Assembly: GCA_046758745.1 (NCBI GenBank)
Contig: JBHIAV010000059.1
Location: 1-14,350, forward strand
From: Gemmatimonadota bacterium
GTDB taxonomy: Bacteria; Gemmatimonadota; Gemmatimonadetes; Palauibacterales; Palauibacteraceae
Reading direction: 5' to 3'
DNA length: 14,350 nucleotides
A program made the position numbers and the translations under genes. Within the stretch, counting starts at the first letter, position 1, and every line of letters starts with the position of its first letter. The notes beneath the pieces are model-generated. The model saw only the letters and a list, made by a program, of their open reading frames with translations, had not been told where the DNA came from and searched no databases. Shown here piece after piece: positions 7,606-14,350 of the stretch.

Positions 7606-8364
7606 GTGGCTGAGGACGACGCCGGGAGATCGAGAGTCGGAACCGACCCTGTCTCTCCCCGAGTGCCCCGTCTCGACCACCTATCGTGGAGCGAGACTGC
7701 GGCGTGGCTTCGCCGCGATCCTCGCCTCCTCCTCCCGGTGGGAACGTGTCTTCAGCACGGGACCCACCTCCCGCTCGGAACCGACACGATCATCATCGCC
7801 CGCATCGCCGAGGAGATCGCGCTTCGCCACCGCATCCTTCTCGCGCCGACGGTCCCCTACGGCGTGAGCTCGGAGCGTGAGTCCGACTACGCCGGCACCG
7901 CTTCCCTGGACCGCAAGACCCTCCACCGGGTGCTGAACGAGCTGGTCGCAACCTGGGCGCGCCAGGGGCTGCATGAGGTGATCCTGATGACGGCCCACGG
8001 CTTCGGACCGCACGTCGAGGCACTCGCCACGGTGGTGAGCGGTCGGGTCCGCGTTCGCGCGGTGGACCTGAATGCCATCGATCTCTCCCGATTCTTCGGC
8101 GGCCGGCGGCCGGTGGAGCACGCGGGAGAGCTGGAGACCTCCCTCCTCCTGCACCTCGCTCCCCGGCTGGTGCGTCCGGTGGAGCCGCGCGAGGGAGGCG
8201 CCGTCGAGGAGAATGGTCCGGCGCGCCGACGAGAGCCGGAGGAGCCGGTGCCGGCGCCCGGGTCGGACGGCGTGGTCGGCTGCCCGTGGCTCGCGTCGGC
8301 GGAAAGGGGCCGACTGATATACGACTACCTGGTCTCCACGATCGGTGAGCGGCTGGCGGCATAG
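7606..8364 (+). CDS. Creatininase / creatinine amidohydrolase family protein (start uncertain)
   Basis: Motifs LSW.E, LPVGTCLQHGTHLPLGTD, PTVPYGVS, AGT.SL, TAHG and HAGELETS. Confidence 0.88.
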   Translation: MAEDDAGRSRVGTDPVSPRVPRLDHLSWSETAAWLRRDPRLLLPVGTCLQHGTHLPLGTDTIIIARIAEEIALRHRILLAPTVPYGVSSERESDYAGTASLDRKTLHRVLNELVATWARQGLHEVILMTAHGFGPHVEALATVVSGRVRVRAVDLNAIDLSRFFGGRRPVEHAGELETSLLLHLAPRLVRPVEPREGGAVEENGPARRREPEEPVPAPGSDGVVGCPWLASAERGRLIYDYLVSTIGERLAA

Positions 8365-8368
8365 GGCC

Positions 8369-9088
8369 ATGCCGACCGCGCGTATGCGGGCCGCCCACCT
8401 GGTGGCCGCGTGGGCCCTCCTCGGCCACCTCGGCGGCGTGCGGGAGGCCGCCGGTCAGATCCCGCGGGAGCTGCACGCCGGTCGGTTCGAGATCCACGTC
8501 GACGGACAGCGCGCGGCAATGGAGGTGTTCGCCATCCGCCGTCAGGGCGCCGGGCGGATGGCCGTCGGGCGGGTGATCGCAGAGTTGCCCGGCGTCGCCA
8601 CTTCGTTCGAGGTCGGGCTCGAGGTGGATTCCAAGCTCCGCCCGGTGCGCTATGAGCTGCGCCCGCGCGACCACTCGACCGTCGGAATCGTGGGAACGCT
8701 GGGCGGCGGACGCTTTCGCCTCGTCGTGTCCGGAGCGGAGGGGGAACGCCTGAAGGAGTTCCTGGCGACCGACGATCTTCTCATCGTGGAGCGGTCGGTG
8801 GCGCACCACTACTTCTTCGTCGCCGAGCGGGCCCTCGAGGCGAGCCGCGACGGGAGCCCGCGAGTCGTCGAGGCGCTGTCCCCACTCGACGCCCGGCAGG
8901 TGACCGTCGTGCTGAGGGGCGTGCGCAACGATACGATCCGCATCGGAGAGGCGGAGCGGCCCGCGCGGCGCATCGATCTCGTCTTCGGAGAGGAGCCGCG
9001 TAGCGTGTGGGTCGGTCCGGCCGGCGAGGTCCTTCGGGTGGAGATCCCGTCTCGCGGCTGGAGCGCGATCCGTCAGCCACAGGAGTGA
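8369..9088 (+). CDS. Putative secreted beta-rich hypothetical protein
   Basis: Starts 4 nt after the upstream stop. The N-terminus is signal-like, ending AAG-Q. Alternating beta-strand pattern, ending VWVGPAGEVLRVEIP. Confidence 0.75.
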   Translation: MPTARMRAAHLVAAWALLGHLGGVREAAGQIPRELHAGRFEIHVDGQRAAMEVFAIRRQGAGRMAVGRVIAELPGVATSFEVGLEVDSKLRPVRYELRPRDHSTVGIVGTLGGGRFRLVVSGAEGERLKEFLATDDLLIVERSVAHHYFFVAERALEASRDGSPRVVEALSPLDARQVTVVLRGVRNDTIRIGEAERPARRIDLVFGEEPRSVWVGPAGEVLRVEIPSRGWSAIRQPQE

Positions 9089-9091
9089 AGG

Positions 9092-9814
9092 ATGAACAAC
9101 GACTCGCCGATGGAAACGAGCCCGGGACCCGAGGCGCAGGCCGCCCCGCCCCCCCTGCCCAATCTGGCCGTTCGCGTCGTGCAGGTCTTCGTCTCGCCGG
9201 CCGCCCTGTTCGACCGCCTGAAGGAGAACCCGGCCTGGCTGGGCGCGCTCCTGCTCATCATCGGGCTCGGGCTCGGGGCGCAGCTCATCATCCCCTCGGA
9301 TCTCGTGCGGGAGGCGATCCTCGCCCGGCTGCCGGAGAACGTCCCCCCGGATGCCGTGGAGGGGCAGATCCGATTCGCCAACGCCTTTCGCTTCATCGGC
9401 ACGGTGCTCATCAGCCCGATCGTCTTCGCGATCCTCGCGGGAGTGCTGCTCCTCCTGTTCAACGTGTTCGGCGGAGGGGAGGCGAGCTTCAAGCAGCTGT
9501 TCAGCGCCGCCATCCACAGCAACTTCGTCGTGACCATCGGCGGTCTGTTCACGCTTCCGCTGATGCTGGCGGCGCGCGACCTCGAGCTCTCCCTGTCGCT
9601 CCGGCTTCTGGCCCCCTTCGCCGAATCCGGCACCTACCTGTACCGGTTTCTGGGGGGGCTGAACATCTTCGGCATGTGGGCCACCGTGGTGCTCGGGATC
9701 GCGGTGAGCCGGATCTACCCGCGGCGCTCCGCGGGCGGGGCGGGGGCGCTTCTGCTCGGGCTGTACGTTCTACTCAAGGCGATCTTCGCGATCTTCGGAG
9801 GGAGGGGAGGCTGA
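9092..9814 (+). CDS. Yip1-domain membrane protein (YknW-like)
   Basis: VFVSPAALFDRLKENPAW N-terminal motif followed by about 5 hydrophobic segments. Lies directly upstream of a MacAB-type module. Confidence 0.85.
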   Translation: MNNDSPMETSPGPEAQAAPPPLPNLAVRVVQVFVSPAALFDRLKENPAWLGALLLIIGLGLGAQLIIPSDLVREAILARLPENVPPDAVEGQIRFANAFRFIGTVLISPIVFAILAGVLLLLFNVFGGGEASFKQLFSAAIHSNFVVTIGGLFTLPLMLAARDLELSLSLRLLAPFAESGTYLYRFLGGLNIFGMWATVVLGIAVSRIYPRRSAGGAGALLLGLYVLLKAIFAIFGGRGG

Positions 9815-9928
9815 GGCCGCCAACGTCTACCGGGCGGGTAACGTCCCTCGGCCGAAGGGTGTTAGGTTGATGGCCGACGACACGCCGCCCGGCTGTCCCC
9901 ACCGCGGGCGCCCAAGGCGCGTCATCAC

Positions 9929-9955
9929 TGAAACATCGGCCCTCCGCCGATCGTA
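9929..9955 (+). promoter_or_regulatory. Putative ECF sigma promoter TGAAAC-N17-CGTA
   Basis: TGAAAC at 9929-9934 and CGTA at 9952-9955, 50 nt before the adaptor ATG. Resembles the SigW-type consensus. Confidence 0.55.
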
Positions 9956-10004
9956 TATTCTCGCCGGCGGACCCCCCGAATGAGAGGCTCGCGGAAGAGG
10001 CAGG

Positions 10005-11294
10005 ATGTCCCGTAGGAATAAAGCTCTGGTTGCGATCGGCGTGCTCGCCCTCCTCGGCACGATGGCCGCGTTCGCCCTGCGAGGGAGCGGAGGCGATGCC
10101 GTCCGCGTGCGCGTCGAGGATGTGAAGCGGCGCGATCTGGTGGCCAGGGTGACCGCCACCGGCCATATCGAGCCGAAGACCTCGGTGGACATCAGCGCCG
10201 ACGTCTCCGGCCGCATCGTCGAGCTCCCGGTGGAGGAGGGACAGGATGTGAGCGAGGGCGATCTCCTGCTCGTCATCGACCCGACCCAGTTCGACGCGGC
10301 TCTCCAGCGTAGCCTGGCGGCGCTCGCCGAGGCGGAGGCGCGGGAGGCGCAGGCGCGCGCGAACCACCAGCAGGCCCGGCGCGACTGGGAGCGGATCCGA
10401 CAGCTCAAGGAGGCGGTGAGCGATCTGGTCACCGACACGGAGTACGAACAGGCCCGCACGGCGGCGGAGGTCCAGGAGGCGATGTGGAAGGCCGCCAGGC
10501 ACGCGGTGGAGATGGCACGGGCCGGGGTGCAGGAAGCCAGGGACATGCTGGCCAAGACGGTGATCCGCGCCCCGATGAGCGGACGGATCACTCGCCTCAA
10601 CGTGGAGAAGGGGGAGACGGCGATCGTCGGAACGATGAACAACCCCGGAAGCCTTCTCCTCACGGTCGCCGACCTGTCGGTGATGGAGGCGGTGATCGAG
10701 GTGGACGAGACCGACGTGCCCGAGATCTCCGTCGGGGACTCGGCCACCGTGGAGATCGACGCGTTTCCCGACCGGGTCTTCTACGGGCGGGTGACGAAGA
10801 TCGGGAACAGCTCGATCATCCCCCGCGCCTCCATGCAGGCCAGGGGTCGCGAGGACGCGATCGATTTCGAGGTGCGGATCACCCTGAACGATCCGGAGGG
10901 CCGCTTGCGGCCGGATCTCTCTGCCACCGCGGACGTGATCACGGCGGTCCGCGAGCAGGTGCTGTCGATACCGATCATCGCGCTCACCCTTCTCGGCCCG
11001 GACGACTTCGAGCCGATCCCGAACGAGAACCTGCCGGTGGACACGACCTCCACGAAGGGAAAAGAAGAAGTGGAAGGCGTGTTCGTGGTGGAGGGCGACA
11101 TCGCGCGATTCCGACCGGTGGAGGTGGGCATCGCCGGCGACAACTACTTCGAGGTGGCGAGCGGGCTCGAGGAGGGAGAGACCGTGGTGTCGGGGTCGTA
11201 CCAGGCGATCCGGGATCTGGAAGACGGCTCCCGGATCAAGGTGACCGCCCGCGATAGCACCGAGTCTCCGCGGACGACGGCGAGCACCCGGTAA
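10005..11294 (+). CDS. Efflux periplasmic adaptor (membrane fusion protein, MacA/HlyD family)
   Basis: N-terminal TM anchor, lipoyl half [30 protein letters not shown], coiled hairpin, [15 protein letters not shown] and C-terminal [10 protein letters not shown]. Confidence 0.95.
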   Translation: MSRRNKALVAIGVLALLGTMAAFALRGSGGDAVRVRVEDVKRRDLVARVTATGHIEPKTSVDISADVSGRIVELPVEEGQDVSEGDLLLVIDPTQFDAALQRSLAALAEAEAREAQARANHQQARRDWERIRQLKEAVSDLVTDTEYEQARTAAEVQEAMWKAARHAVEMARAGVQEARDMLAKTVIRAPMSGRITRLNVEKGETAIVGTMNNPGSLLLTVADLSVMEAVIEVDETDVPEISVGDSATVEIDAFPDRVFYGRVTKIGNSSIIPRASMQARGREDAIDFEVRITLNDPEGRLRPDLSATADVITAVREQVLSIPIIALTLLGPDDFEPIPNENLPVDTTSTKGKEEVEGVFVVEGDIARFRPVEVGIAGDNYFEVASGLEEGETVVSGSYQAIRDLEDGSRIKVTARDSTESPRTTASTR

Positions 11295-11382
11295 GGCGCG
11301 CCCGCTAGCTTCGAGGAACGGCCCTTCTCCCGAGGCGTGCGCTGGGGTCGGCGGCGCCGAAACCGAAGGACGGGACATCGGG

Positions 11383-12099
11383 ATGGACGACGTGATCATA
11401 TACACGCGCGACCTTCGCAAAGACTACGCCATGGGCGCCGAAACGGTGCACGCCCTGCGGGGCGTGGACATAGAGATCCGGCGCAACGAGTTCATCGCGA
11501 TCATGGGCCCGTCGGGCTCCGGCAAGTCCACGCTCATGAACCTCATTGGCTGTCTCGACACGCCGACCTCGGGCGAGTACGTGCTGAACGGTCAGCCGGT
11601 CCAGGACCTGGACGACGACGAGCTGGCCCGCATCCGGAACCGCGAGATCGGGTTCGTCTTCCAGACCTTCAACCTCCTGCCCAGGGCTACGGCGCTGCAC
11701 AACGTGGAGCTCCCGCTCATCTACGGTGGAGTTTCCGCCAGGAAGCGGATCGAGCGGGCGAAGGAGGTGCTCGGCCAGGTCGACCTTGCGGATCGCATGG
11801 ATCACAAGCCCACCGAGCTCTCCGGCGGGGAGCGGCAGCGGGTGGCGATCGCCCGAGCGCTGGTGAACAACCCGTCCATCCTGCTCGCGGACGAGCCGAC
11901 CGGCAACCTCGATTCCGTCACCTCCGGCGAGATCATGCGCGTCTTCGAGAGTCTGCACGCGCACGGGCAGACGATCCTCATGGTCACGCACGAGCTGCAC
12001 GTCGCGGCGCACGCGCGGCGGGTCATCACGCTGCTGGACGGGAGGATCGAGTCCCACGACGCGGTTCTCGAGGCGACATCGGCAGCGAGCTCGTCGTGA
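11383..12099 (+). CDS. ABC transporter ATP-binding protein (MacB/LolD family)
   Basis: Walker [21 protein letters not shown], signature [15 protein letters not shown], Walker [13 protein letters not shown] and H-loop VTHE. Confidence 0.97.
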   Translation: MDDVIIYTRDLRKDYAMGAETVHALRGVDIEIRRNEFIAIMGPSGSGKSTLMNLIGCLDTPTSGEYVLNGQPVQDLDDDELARIRNREIGFVFQTFNLLPRATALHNVELPLIYGGVSARKRIERAKEVLGQVDLADRMDHKPTELSGGERQRVAIARALVNNPSILLADEPTGNLDSVTSGEIMRVFESLHAHGQTILMVTHELHVAAHARRVITLLDGRIESHDAVLEATSAASSS

Positions 12100-13340
12100 A
12101 CTTCCTCGAGGGGATCCGGCTGGCGCTGCAGCAGATTCGTGCCCACAAGCTGAAGTCGTTCTTCACCCTGGTCGGCGTGATCATCGGGATCACCTTCCTC
12201 ATCGCGGTGATCACCGTGGTGGAGGGGATGAACCGGTACGTGCGGGAAGACTTCGCGGGCTCGATCTTCGGCGTGAACACCTTCACCGTGGTGCGGCGCA
12301 GACAGGTCTCGACGGGCGCCGAATCGGAGGAGCAGCGGCGCAGGCAGGCCCGCAACCCGGAGCTCACGATCCGCGAAGTCGACGTGGTGCGGGCGGCGGT
12401 GCCGAACGCGTGGCGCTTCGCCTACTTGCAGGACCGAGGCCTGTCGGAGGTCTCGTACGGGGAGCGGCGGAGGCGCAACGTCTGGCTTCGCGGCGGCTCG
12501 GAGGGGTATGAGGAGCTGCAGGGGTGGGACGTGGAGCGGGGCCGGGGACTCTCTTCGCTCGACCACCGACGCGGCCTCAAGGTGGCGGTCATCGGTCACG
12601 CGATCTCCGAGAAGCTCTTCCCCGACGGGAACCCGCTCGGGAAGCGGATCCGTCTGGCCGGACACCGGTTCGAGGTGGTCGGCGTCCTCGAGAAGCAGGG
12701 CGGCTGGCTCGGAATCATCCGTGACGCTTCGGTGCTCATCCCCTTCTCCACGTACGCCCAGACCTTCGCCTGGAAGCGGGACCGAGTGGAGGAGATCCAC
12801 GTCAAGATGCGAAGCGCCGGAGAGATGCAGGCCGCCATGGCCTCCGTCGAAGAAGCGCTTCGCCGCACGCGGCGCCTGAGGCCCGGGGAGGAGAATGACT
12901 TCTGGCTTCAGACGTCGAACGACCTGCTGAGCGCATGGGAGAAGATCAACCAGATCCTGCTCGCCGCCCTCCCGGGTCTCGTCTCGGTGTCACTGGTGGT
13001 CGGCGGAATCGTGATCATGAACATCATGCTCCTCTCCGTGGCCACCCGCATCCGGGAGATCGGCATCCGCAAGGCGATGGGGGCGAGGCGGCGGGACATC
13101 CTCCTCCAGTTCCTGGCCGAAGCCTCGACCCTGTCGCTCCTCGGCGCCGCGATCGGCGTGGGGCTCGGGATCGGGCTCGGGAAGGCGGTCGACCTGCTCA
13201 CTCCCCTCCCCGTCTCGGTGCCGGCGTGGGCGATCCTCGTCTCGCTCGGCCTCGGCCTCGCCGTGGGGGTGGGCTCGGGTCTCTACCCGGCGTACCGGGC
13301 GGCGAAGCAGGAGCCGATCGTGGCGCTGCGGTATGAGTAG
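12096..13340 (+). CDS. MacB/FtsX-family ABC permease 1
   Basis: GTG start overlaps the ATPase stop (GTGA). Motifs [15 protein letters not shown], a periplasmic domain, [25 protein letters not shown] and [10 protein letters not shown]. Confidence 0.95.
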   Translation: MNFLEGIRLALQQIRAHKLKSFFTLVGVIIGITFLIAVITVVEGMNRYVREDFAGSIFGVNTFTVVRRRQVSTGAESEEQRRRQARNPELTIREVDVVRAAVPNAWRFAYLQDRGLSEVSYGERRRRNVWLRGGSEGYEELQGWDVERGRGLSSLDHRRGLKVAVIGHAISEKLFPDGNPLGKRIRLAGHRFEVVGVLEKQGGWLGIIRDASVLIPFSTYAQTFAWKRDRVEEIHVKMRSAGEMQAAMASVEEALRRTRRLRPGEENDFWLQTSNDLLSAWEKINQILLAALPGLVSVSLVVGGIVIMNIMLLSVATRIREIGIRKAMGARRRDILLQFLAEASTLSLLGAAIGVGLGIGLGKAVDLLTPLPVSVPAWAILVSLGLGLAVGVGSGLYPAYRAAKQEPIVALRYE

Positions 13341-14350
13341 CCGTCGGCGCAGCGGGATGGGCTGGTTCAGCACCCTGCTCGAGGGCGGTCGGGTCGCATT
13401 CGATTCGCTCCGCGCGAACAAGGTGAGGAGCGGCCTCACCATCCTCGGCGTGACGATCGGCGTGATGGTCGTGATGGTGATGGCGGCCGTGATCACCGGC
13501 ATCAACACGAGCTTCACGGAGCTCATCGCGTCGCGCGGACCGACCACCTTCTACGTCTCTCACGCCCCGTTCGGCGGAGGCAGCGTCACTGTGCTGGACG
13601 AGGACGAGCCGGAGTGGCTTCGCAACCCACCCCTCGACACCCGCTGGGTGGCGGAGCTCGGGCGTCTTCCCGGCATCCTGGACGCGACGGCGTACGCCGA
13701 CCTGGGCGGCATGGGCTACCAGGCGAAGGCGGGTTCCGAGCAGGTCGGGATCACCCTCGGAGGGGCGGCTCCCAACTTCCTGGAGATCGATGCCGGAGAT
13801 CTCATGGACGGCCGCTTCTTCACGGAGACCGAGGACGAGAGGAGGCGGGCGGTGGCCGTGATCGATTCCGCGACAGCGCGGGATCTGTTCGGGGGTCGGG
13901 ATCCGATCGGGAAGACGATCCTCATAGGCCAGCGCTCCAACATCCGCGCCCCTTTCCAGGTGATCGGCGTGTACCGCCCGCCGCCGAACCTGTTCGCCGG
14001 GCTCGCCTCGCACTACGTGCTCGTGCCGTTCCACTCGGCAGAGAAGCACATCGATTTCTGGGACCGGCTGGTGAGCTTCATCATCCGACCGGCGCCGGGG
14101 ACGACGCAGCAGGAGGCGATGGACGCCGTGTACGGGAGGATGCGGCAGCTGCGCCATCTGCGTCCGGGAGAAGACGACAACTTCGCCGTCATCACGAACG
14201 ACGAGATCTTCAACGTCTGGAGTCAGATGACCGGCGTCCTGTTCGCCGTCATGGTGGCCCTGTCGGGCGTCGGGCTCATGGTAGGCGGCGTCGGCGTGAT
14301 CGGAATCATGATGATCTCGGTCACCGAGCGCACCCGGGAGATCGGCCTCC
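13333..14350 (+). CDS. MacB/FtsX-family ABC permease 2 (3' end beyond the window)
   Basis: ATG 13333 overlaps the previous stop. Reads LRANKVRSGLTILGVTIGV ... VGGVGVIGIMMISVTERTREIGL and stays open to the window end. Absent from the ORF track because it has no stop codon. Confidence 0.95.
   Translation, partial: MSSRRRSGMGWFSTLLEGGRVAFDSLRANKVRSGLTILGVTIGVMVVMVMAAVITGINTSFTELIASRGPTTFYVSHAPFGGGSVTVLDEDEPEWLRNPPLDTRWVAELGRLPGILDATAYADLGGMGYQAKAGSEQVGITLGGAAPNFLEIDAGDLMDGRFFTETEDERRRAVAVIDSATARDLFGGRDPIGKTILIGQRSNIRAPFQVIGVYRPPPNLFAGLASHYVLVPFHSAEKHIDFWDRLVSFIIRPAPGTTQQEAMDAVYGRMRQLRHLRPGEDDNFAVITNDEIFNVWSQMTGVLFAVMVALSGVGLMVGGVGVIGIMMISVTERTREIGL

Noticed and set aside
11337-12095. N-terminal extension making permease 1 a 667-aa protein
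   Set aside because: It overlaps the ATPase in another frame with low-complexity sequence. The real start is GTG 12096.
5145-14213. Long antisense or alternate-frame ORFs (5755..7395, 7793..9517, 9774..11420, 11802..12800, 13198..14157 and others)
   Set aside because: These are shadows of well-supported genes in high-GC DNA and carry no recognisable motifs.
1-14350. CRISPR array, tRNA or rRNA
   Set aside because: No regularly spaced repeats or structural RNA signatures were seen.

Overview
High-GC bacterial DNA; the gene set and composition suggest Gemmatimonadota-like, but this is inference only. The window has two parts. (1) About 1-5000 is a decayed, lower-GC accessory region: two different IS21-family istB 3' halves fused back-to-back at a perfect 20-bp palindrome, a frameshifted secreted-protein gene, an IS3-like 3' remnant interrupted by a degenerate IS256, a coupling-protein/HerA-like ATPase fragment, a frameshifted atypical NarL/LuxR regulator and an IS3 left-end stub. 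This region ends about 30 bp from the stop codon of comM. (2) About 5025-14350 holds intact housekeeping-type genes: comM/yifB, an iodotyrosine-deiodinase-type nitroreductase, and a divergent cluster of creatininase-family protein, secreted protein, Yip1 protein, periplasmic adaptor, ABC ATPase and two MacB-type permeases (the last runs off the window). The most unusual signal is the palindrome TTATGTGGAGCTCCACATAA (324-343). On both sides, divergent istB genes are cut at exactly the same Walker-B codon, which suggests the scar of a site-specific (Xer/RIT-like tyrosine recombinase) element that targets istB.
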